From positions 1 through 24,219 of the forward strand of contig JAATGI010000154.1 in the NCBI GenBank assembly GCA_015654725.1: a stretch of 24,219 nt of DNA, written 5' to 3'. The notes beneath the pieces were generated by a model. That model saw nothing but the letters and a program-made list of their open reading frames with translations. It searched no databases and was not told the origin of the DNA. Below are positions 16,576 to 23,532 of this stretch, piece after piece. Within the stretch, counting starts at the first letter, position 1. Each line of letters opens with the position of its first letter. Origin of the DNA: Rhodospirillales bacterium (GTDB lineage: Bacteria; Pseudomonadota; Alphaproteobacteria; ATCC43930; CGMCC-115725). A program made the position numbers and the translations under genes.

Positions 16576-17198
16576 GCGCCATGATGGGCTTGAACGACGC
16601 CGATCGCGCGCGGGTCGAGGCCGCGGTCAAAGCGGCGGAAACGCGTACCGCCGCGCAATTCGCGCTCGTGGTCGCCCACGCCAGCGACGACTACGCGCTT
16701 TATCCGATCCTGTGGTCGGCGCTGATCGCGCTCATTGTCGGCGATCTGGCGGCGCTCATCTGGTCCGATCTGGCGGCGCTATGGGTCGTCGTTATCGAAG
16801 CGGTGCTGTTTATCGCCGCCGATTTGATTCTTCATCTAAAGCCGCTGCGCTTTCGCTGCGTGCCGGCGCGGGTCAGGAAAAGCCATGCGGCGCGGCTGGC
16901 GCGGCTCGAATTCGCCGCCCTGGTGCATGACCGCACGCCGGGCGATGTCGGGCTTCTCCTGTTCGTATCCGAGGCCGAACGCCATGTCGAAATCCTGGTC
17001 GATCGCGGCATCGCGGCGAAAATTCCCGAGACGGCATGGCAACAGATCGTCGCCGATTTCGTGGCGGCGATTAAGGCCGGCCGCGTCGCCGAAGCGCTGA
17101 TCGGCGCGGTCGATGCCGGCGCGGCGCTGTTGGCGACGCACTTCCCGCCCCAGCCCGGCGCGCCCAACACGATCCCGGATCGGGTGACGGAAATCTGA
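16572..17198 (+). CDS. Second TPM-domain membrane protein (lemA-associated)
   Basis: GTGA overlap with SD GGAGG; AVKAAETRT, ASDDY, GLLLFVSEAERHVEILVDRGI and FPP...N.IPD motifs. Confidence 0.88.
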   Translation: MSAMMGLNDADRARVEAAVKAAETRTAAQFALVVAHASDDYALYPILWSALIALIVGDLAALIWSDLAALWVVVIEAVLFIAADLILHLKPLRFRCVPARVRKSHAARLARLEFAALVHDRTPGDVGLLLFVSEAERHVEILVDRGIAAKIPETAWQQIVADFVAAIKAGRVAEALIGAVDAGAALLATHFPPQPGAPNTIPDRVTEI

Positions 17199-17217
17199 TC
17201 CCGCTCAAAAAGCAAAA

Positions 17218-17385
17218 TTTGAACCGCCAAGGCACCGAGGCGCCACGTTCATTCTGAATTTATCGAATCGCCACCCCGACGAAAGTCGGGGTCCACATTT
17301 GCCGTGGATGCCGGCTTCCGCCGGTATGGTTCGGCGGGGAGGTTGTGTGCGGAGTCTTGGCGCCTTGGCGTCTTGGCGGTTCAAA
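17218..17385. repeat. Long inverted repeat with 8-nt-period CCAAG units enclosing a REP
   Basis: Arms 17218-17245 and 17358-17385 match at 25 of 28 nt; CTTGG at 17356, 17364 and 17372. Confidence 0.8.
17269..17331. repeat. REP doublet, copy 3 (nested)
   Basis: CGCCACCCCGAC-GAAA-GTCGGGGTCCA ... TGGATGCCGGC-TTCC-GCCGGTATGG. Confidence 0.85.
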
Positions 17386-17404
17386 CTTTCTTCTATTTCG
17401 GCGG

Positions 17405-17444
17405 CGGACAAAAAAGGGCGCCCGGAGGCGCCCCCCAAAGTCGC
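17405..17444 (-). terminator. Intrinsic terminator of higBA; direct-repeat copy A
   Basis: Minus strand GGGCGCC-TCCG-GGCGCCC-T6; near-identical to 18105-18143. Confidence 0.8.
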
Positions 17445-17446
17445 CC

Positions 17447-17752
17447 TCAAGCGGCCTTCGGGGCCACTGCCACGAACCGTTTTCGGACCTTGATCTTATT
17501 TGCGCGTCCGCGCGCCGCCGACAAATCGTGCTGCAACTGCATCCGCAGCCAATGATCGGCGGTGCTCCATCCGACTTTTTCGAGGCGAATGGCCATGTCA
17601 ATCGACAGCCCGCTATGTCCATTCAACAGGTCGGACAGCGCCTTGCGCGTCACGCCGAGAGCCTGGGCCGCTTCCGTCACCGTCAATCCCAAGGGCTTGA
17701 GACACAATTCGCGAATCACCTCGCCGGGATGAGCCGGGTCACGCAGTTCCAT
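17447..17752 (-). CDS. higA: HigA-family antitoxin (XRE HTH)
   Basis: [40 protein letters not shown] and WLRMQ..HDL motifs. Confidence 0.93.
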   Translation of the reverse strand: MELRDPAHPGEVIRELCLKPLGLTVTEAAQALGVTRKALSDLLNGHSGLSIDMAIRLEKVGWSTADHWLRMQLQHDLSAARGRANKIKVRKRFVAVAPKAA

Positions 17753-17765
17753 TGCTGTCCATCCT

Positions 17766-18047
17766 TTAGTGATAGTCCACCAAATCGAGATTGGTTACGT
17801 CTTCGCCATCGAACTCGAACACCAGCCGCCAATTACCCGATACCGCGACCGCCCATTGGCCTTTCCGGCCGCCTTTGAGCGGGTGGAGCCGCGCGCCGGG
17901 CAGCCGATTCATGTGCTCCGGACGCGTGGCGGCGTTGAGGGCCGTGAGCAGGACGCGGAGCCTCGTCGCCTGCCGCGTATCGATTCCCCTCGCATCCCCA
18001 TCTCGAAAAAACCGGCTCAAGCCCTTGTGGCGAATCCGCCTTATCAT
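17766..18047 (-). CDS. higB: HigB-family (RelE/ParE-like) toxin
   Basis: [30 protein letters not shown] and C-terminal DYH; toxin lies upstream of antitoxin. Confidence 0.93.
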   Translation of the reverse strand: MIRRIRHKGLSRFFRDGDARGIDTRQATRLRVLLTALNAATRPEHMNRLPGARLHPLKGGRKGQWAVAVSGNWRLVFEFDGEDVTNLDLVDYH

Positions 18048-18055
18048 TGGCGATA

Positions 18056-18084
18056 AGCGTAAGGTTACAGGTGACAGGTGTCAA
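18056..18084 (-). promoter_or_regulatory. higBA promoter with overlapping palindromic operators
   Basis: TTGACA (18084-79), N17, TACGCT (18061-56); IRs TGACA-GG-TGTCA (18072-83) and GTAA-GG-TTAC (18059-68). Confidence 0.7.
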
Positions 18085-18104
18085 ACGTATCGGGCTTGCG
18101 GATA

Positions 18105-18143
18105 CGGATAAAAAAAGGGCGCCCGAAGGCGCCCCCAAGTCGC
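18105..18143 (-). terminator. Intrinsic terminator of the Rid operon; direct-repeat copy B
   Basis: Minus strand GGGCGCC-TTCG-GGCGCCC-T7. Confidence 0.82.
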
Positions 18144-18179
18144 GGCTTTTCTGAAGCGCCGCTTAATTCCGGATCAGGC

Positions 18180-18563
18180 TCAAGCGTCCTTGGCGACCGC
18201 GAGCACTTCGAGCTGCAGCAGCACGCCGCGCAGCGGCATCACCAGCGAATGCCGCGCCGGCCGATGATGCTCGTCGGGATAAATCTCGAGCCAGTGTTTG
18301 TTGATGACGGTGCGGTGCGCGTCATCGACCAGAAAGACCGTGAGCTTCACCACGTCGCCCCAATCCATCCCCGCTTCCTTGAGGATGTTGCCCATGTTCT
18401 GGAAGGCGAATTTGGCTTGGCTCTCGGCGTCGGCCGGCGCCTTGCCGGTCGCGGGATCGATGCCGCCGACGCCGCCCGTCGCCAGGATCGGGCCGACGCG
18501 CGCGCCCAAGGGGATCGGCGCGTTATGCGCGACACCGGGTAGATGAATGCTTTTCTGACGCAT
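18180..18563 (-). CDS. Rid (YjgF/YER057c/UK114) family protein
   Basis: QAKFAFQNM..IL..AG....DVVKLTVFL, RPARH (catalytic-type Arg) and LQLEVLAV motifs; SD GGGAGG. Confidence 0.9.
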   Translation of the reverse strand: MRQKSIHLPGVAHNAPIPLGARVGPILATGGVGGIDPATGKAPADAESQAKFAFQNMGNILKEAGMDWGDVVKLTVFLVDDAHRTVINKHWLEIYPDEHHRPARHSLVMPLRGVLLQLEVLAVAKDA

Positions 18564-18584
18564 GAATTGCCTCCCTCGATTTAT

Positions 18585-19580
18585 TCAGGACCACCGCACG
18601 AAACCCAAGCCCGTGCCGGTCAGCGCCGGCGTGCGATAGCCCGGGATGTAATCGGCCCAGGAAATTTTCATCGTCGTGCCCGCGGCCGCGCCCGCGACCA
18701 CGAGCCAATTGCGAATCTCCGAGGTGCCGGCTTGCAACCGCTTCGGCGAGAGCTTCGCCAGCCAATCGAGATCGTTGCGCTTCAGGGCGTCGATCACGCC
18801 ATGATCCAGCTTCTCGTCGACGACGAAATGCGACAGGCCGCCCGAGCCCAGGAAGCCGACGCGGATATTCTCGGGAAAGCTCTCGATCAGCTTGCCGATT
18901 TCCTTGCCGAGTTCGATGCAGCGCGCCGGCGTCGGCTGGTTCGGGTCGTAATAGGTGTTGACGAAAATCGGCACGATCGGCAGCGGATAGCCCTTCAGAT
19001 AGCGGCGATGGATAAAGGAATAGGCGTGGCCCTCGGATTGGCCCTCGGTCAGTTTGTTGAAGGCGGAGATGTCGAAATTGCGTTCGCTCAGCCCCTTGAT
19101 GAGATGGAGCGCCAAGCCGGCATGGACCGGATAATCGACATCCTGCCCGTCCTCGCGGCGGCGCTGCTGGGCGCGGTGATACCAATCGTCGGGCGGCAGG
19201 TCGGTGCGCGCCGCCCGGTTGCGGATGGTGTCGCCGTAATAGATCGCGATCGCGGGATTGTGGTGCGGCGGGAATAATTCATGCTGGTCGTCGCCGACGA
19301 TGATGAGCGCGTCGAGATTGGCGCTCCTGATTTCGTCGCGCTCGCGATCCATCGCCGCCTGGGTGCGGCGAAAGCGCTCGGCGATGGCGCCCGGCGTGAT
19401 CAGCGGCGCCGCGCGGTCGGCGAACTTCGCCACCAGATCGTCATAGGAAATCAAATCGCCGTTGAAATCGTGATGTGTCATGCGCTTGTCGGAAGGCGGG
19501 AATTTTGAAATCCAGTCTTCCTCCTGGCACACCAGCATCACGCTGTGCGAGGAACCGAAAGCGGCGGCGAATTGTGCCAT
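18585..19580 (-). CDS. Class III (LigB-fold) extradiol ring-cleavage dioxygenase, DesZ-like
   Basis: SH, IIVGDDQHELF, EGHA, PIFVNTYY.PNQPT..RC, SGGLSHFVVDE, QAGTSEIRNW and DYIP.YR motifs. Recalled similarity to Sphingobium DesZ is unverified. Confidence 0.85.
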   Translation of the reverse strand: MAQFAAAFGSSHSVMLVCQEEDWISKFPPSDKRMTHHDFNGDLISYDDLVAKFADRAAPLITPGAIAERFRRTQAAMDRERDEIRSANLDALIIVGDDQHELFPPHHNPAIAIYYGDTIRNRAARTDLPPDDWYHRAQQRRREDGQDVDYPVHAGLALHLIKGLSERNFDISAFNKLTEGQSEGHAYSFIHRRYLKGYPLPIVPIFVNTYYDPNQPTPARCIELGKEIGKLIESFPENIRVGFLGSGGLSHFVVDEKLDHGVIDALKRNDLDWLAKLSPKRLQAGTSEIRNWLVVAGAAAGTTMKISWADYIPGYRTPALTGTGLGFVRWS

Positions 19581-19609
19581 CGCGATTCTCCCTGTCTCCT
19601 AATCCTTAT

Positions 19610-19688
19610 TCGTCACCCCGGCGAAAGCCGGGGTCCAGGGCGAGCGACGAGCGGTTGCTCTGGGTCCCCGCTTTCGCGGGGACGACGA
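19610..19688. repeat. REP doublet, copy 4
   Basis: CGTCACCCCGGC-GAAA-GCCGGGGTCCAG ... CTGGGTCCCCGC-TTTC-GCGGGGACGACG; spacer resembles that of copy 1. Confidence 0.88.
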
Positions 19689-19717
19689 CAAATATGGATC
19701 CTTGCTGAAGGACATGC

Positions 19718-20848
19718 CTAGTCACCCCATACCTCCCGAGCAACGTCGACGATTAGGTTCAATTTCGCGATCTCTTCCTCGACCGTGATCTTGTTGCCTT
19801 CGAGGGTCGAGGAAAAACCGCATTGCGGGCTTAACGCCAATTGATCGAGCGGCACGAATTTCGCCGCCTCGTCGATCCGGCGCTTCAACGCGTCCTTGGT
19901 TTCGAGCTTGCCCTTCTTGGTCGTGACCAGGCCGAGCACCACGACCTTGCCCTTGGGCACGAAGCGAAGTGGCTCGAAGCCGCCGGCGCGCGCCGAATCA
20001 TATTCGAGGAAATAACCGGTGATGTCGATCTCGTTGAACAGGGTTTCCGCCACCGGCTCGTAGCCGCCCTCGGCGACCCAGGCGCTGTTGGCGTTGCCGC
20101 GGCAGAGATGCATGCACACGGTCATGCCCGCGGGCTTGCCGGCGATCGCGGCGTTGATGAGCTTGGCGTAAGTATGCGGCAGCTTGTCCGGGTCTTCGCC
20201 GATGGCGCGCACCTGCTCGCGCAATTTCGGATCGCACAGATAAGCGAGATTGGTCTCGTCGATTTGAAGATAGGTGCAGCCATTGCGGCCGAGATCGGCG
20301 ATCTCCTCGGAATAGACCCGGGCGAGATCGGCCAGGAATTCCTCCATGTCGGGATAGGCGGTCTCGTCCACCGCCTGGCGCCCGCCGCGAAAATGCATCA
20401 GCGACGGCGACGGGATGGTGAGTTTCGGCACCGCATGCGCGACGGATTTCAGGAACTTGAAGGCGTCGATGAAAATCGGATGCGGCCGCGACAGCTTGCC
20501 GGCGACGAACAGGCCGGGCGGTACCATCTCGGTCTCGCCCTCCTCGGTGTGAAACCGCATCTTCACCTTGCTCGGCACGATCTTGACGTTGGCGAAGCTG
20601 GTGAGGAAATCGCGCTGCCAGCCGGCGCGCGAATATTCGCCATCGGTCACGGATTTGAACCCGAGCTCCTCTTGAAGCTTCACCACCTGGCGAATCGCCT
20701 CATGCTCGACGCCGTGAAAGGCCTCTTCCGAGATTTCCTTCTTGTCGCGCGCGCGATGCGCCTCGATCAGCGCCTGGGGCTTGAGCAAGCTGCCAACCTG
20801 GTCGGCGCGAAACGGCGGCGTATGGCGGGCGAGCGATGGACCGGGCAT
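19718..20848 (-). CDS. Single-barrel MetE-like Zn-thiol alkyltransferase (YxjG/cobalamin-independent methionine synthase II-like)
   Basis: RADQVGSLL, TDGEY.R, QIDE; Zn-ligand motifs HLCRGN, EYD and SPQCGF. Lacks the N-terminal MetE barrel. Confidence 0.88.
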   Translation of the reverse strand: MPGPSLARHTPPFRADQVGSLLKPQALIEAHRARDKKEISEEAFHGVEHEAIRQVVKLQEELGFKSVTDGEYSRAGWQRDFLTSFANVKIVPSKVKMRFHTEEGETEMVPPGLFVAGKLSRPHPIFIDAFKFLKSVAHAVPKLTIPSPSLMHFRGGRQAVDETAYPDMEEFLADLARVYSEEIADLGRNGCTYLQIDETNLAYLCDPKLREQVRAIGEDPDKLPHTYAKLINAAIAGKPAGMTVCMHLCRGNANSAWVAEGGYEPVAETLFNEIDITGYFLEYDSARAGGFEPLRFVPKGKVVVLGLVTTKKGKLETKDALKRRIDEAAKFVPLDQLALSPQCGFSSTLEGNKITVEEEIAKLNLIVDVAREVWGD

Positions 20849-20866
20849 CTAGACCTTCCTCATTAT

Positions 20867-20901
20867 GTTCGTGCCATCAAACGGCGCGCGATGGTACGAA
20901 C
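20867..20901. promoter_or_regulatory. Inverted repeat in the divergent MetE-like/CoA-ligase promoter
   Basis: GTTCGTGCCATC-N11-GATGGTACGAAC (11 of 12 match). Confidence 0.4.
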
Positions 20902-20964
20902 TGTTATATCGTTTAGCTCCATGGTTCCGGCGCGAAAACCAACAGGAAAAAAGGGAAGGGAGAG

Positions 20965-22806
20965 ATGCGGATGGCCGGTTCGTATAGGCGAAATGCCGTC
21001 GCGCGGCTGATGCGGCCGGGCTCGATCGCCATTGTCGGCGTCTCGCCCGAGCCGGGCCAGCCCGGCGGCAACATTATCGGCAATCTGGACAAGGTCGGTT
21101 ACGCCGGCGCGCTCCATCTCGTCAGCCGCAACCGCACCGAGGTGTTCGGCCGGCCTTGCGTGCGGACCATCGACGATTTGCCCGACGGCGTCGATGTCGT
21201 GGTGCTGTGCATTCCCGAGCGCGCCGTGGTCGAGGCGGTCGAGGCCTGCGCGCGTAAACACATGGGCAATGTGCTGATCTTCGCCGCCGGCTTCGCCGAA
21301 GTGGGCGGCGCCGGCATTGTCGCGCAGGCCCGCATTCGCGAGGTCACCGACGCGGCCGAAATGGGCATCGTCGGGCCGAATTGCCTCGGCGTCACCAATT
21401 CGCTGCCGGGCGGCGTGCCGCTGACCTTCGGCATGGCGGAGGGGCGCAGGGTCTCGGGCGACCGGCCGACCCTCGGCATCGTCGCGCAAAGCGGCGCGCT
21501 CGCCGGCATTTTCCGCAACGTCATCCAGGCGCGCGGCCTCGATGTCTCTTACAGCATTTCCTCGGGCAACGAAGCCGGACTCATTTGCGAGGATTATCTC
21601 GATTTCATGCTCGAGGATCCGGCGGTGCGGGCGATCGCGATCTATGCCGAGCAGTTGCGCGATCCGCCGCGCTTTCTCGAATTGGCGGGCAAAGCGCGGG
21701 CCTTGGCCAAGCCCATCGTCATGCTCCATCCGGGGGAGAGCGCGATCTCGCGCGAATCCGCGATCAGCCACACCTATTCCGTCACCCGCAACTACCGCGC
21801 CATGCGCGCCTTGACCCGGCGCGCCGGCGTGGTGCTGGTCGAGAAGGTCGAGGAACTCCTCGATGTCGCCGAGCTGCTGATGTATTTCCCGGCGCCGCCA
21901 ACGATGGGGCCTGCGGTGATGGCGGATTCGGGCGCCTTCAAGGGCCTCGCCCTCGATTACGCCGAGCGCATCGGCATCGATCTGCCGAAATTCTCGCCCG
22001 ACATTTACCAAAAGCTGGTGCCGGTGATGCCGGTCTTTGCGCCGCCCTCGAACCCGCTCGACATGACGGCGCAGGCGGTGAAAGAGCCGGAGATGTACGA
22101 CAAGTCGCTGCCGCTCCTGCTCGCCGATCCGCGCATCGGCAGCTTGTTGCTGGCGCCGATCCTGGGCACCACCGGCTTCGGCCTCGCCAAGGGCCAGCGC
22201 GTCCTGAACGCCGTCAAGGGCGCGACCAAGCCGGTGATCATGACCAATCTCGCCTTCGATGGCGGCACCGCGCCCGAATTGATCGTGGAATGCCGCGCGC
22301 GCGGCGTGCCGTTTTTCGCCTCGCCCGAGCGGGCACTGCGCGCCCTTGCTTATCTCACCCATTACGCGCGGGCCTTGGCGCGGCCGGCGGCAGCGCAAAC
22401 CGACGTGCCGAAGGATTATTTCGCGAGCCTGAGCGCGCCGGATCGGACCGGGGGTGGCGAGGTGCTTGCTTTGGTGGTCGGCGCGACCCGCGATCCCGAA
22501 TGGGGGCCGATCCTCGAAATCGGTTTCGGCGGCGAGTGGCAAAAGGTATTGCCCGATACGGTCATCCTGCCGCCCGATCTCGACGCGGAAAATATCGCCG
22601 GCGAACTGCGGGCGCTTCCTGGTGCGTCGCTATTCGTGGGCCGCGACCTCGCCGCCGCTTGCGCGATCATCGCTCGCCTCGGCGCGATCCTGCGCGCCGA
22701 TTCCGAAATCGGCTCGATCCGGCTCGATCCTCTATTGGTTGATGCGAAGGGTGCGGCCGTTACGAGCACGAAGGTTGTTACCCTCGAACAAATGAGCCGG
22801 CCTTGA
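20965..22806 (+). CDS. ADP-forming acyl-CoA synthetase-like protein with shortened ATP-grasp domain
   Basis: LMRPGSIAIVGVS, GFAE, GPNCLG, QSGAL, GNEAGL, SHT, NPLDM and RDPEWGP motifs; no HKSD.GGV segment. Confidence 0.85.
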   Translation: MRMAGSYRRNAVARLMRPGSIAIVGVSPEPGQPGGNIIGNLDKVGYAGALHLVSRNRTEVFGRPCVRTIDDLPDGVDVVVLCIPERAVVEAVEACARKHMGNVLIFAAGFAEVGGAGIVAQARIREVTDAAEMGIVGPNCLGVTNSLPGGVPLTFGMAEGRRVSGDRPTLGIVAQSGALAGIFRNVIQARGLDVSYSISSGNEAGLICEDYLDFMLEDPAVRAIAIYAEQLRDPPRFLELAGKARALAKPIVMLHPGESAISRESAISHTYSVTRNYRAMRALTRRAGVVLVEKVEELLDVAELLMYFPAPPTMGPAVMADSGAFKGLALDYAERIGIDLPKFSPDIYQKLVPVMPVFAPPSNPLDMTAQAVKEPEMYDKSLPLLLADPRIGSLLLAPILGTTGFGLAKGQRVLNAVKGATKPVIMTNLAFDGGTAPELIVECRARGVPFFASPERALRALAYLTHYARALARPAAAQTDVPKDYFASLSAPDRTGGGEVLALVVGATRDPEWGPILEIGFGGEWQKVLPDTVILPPDLDAENIAGELRALPGASLFVGRDLAAACAIIARLGAILRADSEIGSIRLDPLLVDAKGAAVTSTKVVTLEQMSRP

Positions 22807-22811
22807 TTTAG

Positions 22812-22829
22812 GGTAACACTTGTGTTACC
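22812..22829. promoter_or_regulatory. Operator palindrome of the second TA module
   Basis: Perfect GGTAACAC-TT-GTGTTACC, 7 nt before the toxin ATG. Confidence 0.65.
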
Positions 22830-22836
22830 TAATGCG

Positions 22837-23166
22837 ATGCTTGAGTTGCGTTACTACCTGGCCGCGGACGGGCGAAGTCCTTTCGCCAATTGGTTCGCGG
22901 CGCTCGATCCCGCCGCGCGCGCCAAAGTCTCGGTCGGCCTTGTGCGCCTGGAACAAGGAAATCTGTCGAACGTCAAACCGGTCGGCGAGAGCGTGCTCGA
23001 ATATCGGGTCAATTTTGGGCCAGGCTACCGAATCTACTTCGGCCGCGACGGTCAGGTGCTCGTCATTTTGCTGATCGGCGGCACGAAGAAACGTCAACAG
23101 CGCGACATCTCGGCGGCCAAGGCAATGTGGTCAGACTACAAGCGCCGCGCGCGTGGCGCCGGTTGA
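22837..23166 (+). CDS. RelE/ParE-family toxin (addiction module killer, Gp49-like)
   Basis: YLAADGRSPFANWF, RLEQGNLSNVKPVGESVLEYRVNFGPGYRIYF and LLIGGTKKRQQRDI motifs. Confidence 0.92.
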   Translation: MLELRYYLAADGRSPFANWFAALDPAARAKVSVGLVRLEQGNLSNVKPVGESVLEYRVNFGPGYRIYFGRDGQVLVILLIGGTKKRQQRDISAAKAMWSDYKRRARGAG

Positions 23167-23178
23167 AAGGAGTGAAGC

Positions 23179-23496
23179 ATGGCTGTGACGCGTAGTTTCA
23201 AGGAACTCGTTCAAGAGCACGTCGCCGCGGATCCGGCATTCGCCGAAGCGCTGCTGCGCGAAGGCATCGACAGCTTGCTCCAGGGCGATATCGATACCGG
23301 CAAGGCGGTTTTGCGCGATTATATCAAGGCGACCGTCGGCTTCGAAAAGCTCGGTCAAGCGACCGGCACCCAGCCGAAAAGCCTCATTCGCATGTTCGGT
23401 CCGCGCGGCAATCCTCAGGCCCGAAACCTGTTCAACGTTCTCGGCTATTTGCAAAAGCGCGCGGGTCTGGAATTGCGCGTCGCGAAGGCACCATAG
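23179..23496 (+). CDS. Cognate HTH antitoxin
   Basis: SD AAGGAG; LRDYIKATVGFEKL..ATG..PKSL.RMFGPRGNP.A.NLF motif. Confidence 0.88.
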   Translation: MAVTRSFKELVQEHVAADPAFAEALLREGIDSLLQGDIDTGKAVLRDYIKATVGFEKLGQATGTQPKSLIRMFGPRGNPQARNLFNVLGYLQKRAGLELRVAKAP

Positions 23497-23532
23497 GAGC
23501 CGGAGCCGCAAATATCTCTCGCGTCTCCGCCG

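Noticed and set aside
10338-19688. CRISPR array from the palindromic repeats
   Set aside because: The copies are dispersed inverted doublets, not regularly spaced direct repeats; there are no cas genes.
20849-20964. SAM or cobalamin riboswitch upstream of the MetE-like gene
   Set aside because: TCGCGC...GCTAAA on - faintly echoes SAM-II, but the segment is too short and lacks the P1 partner; no B12 box is visible.
22794-23503. GAGCCGG 7-bp direct repeat flanking the second TA module as a target-site duplication
   Set aside because: Short GC-rich match, likely chance in this composition.
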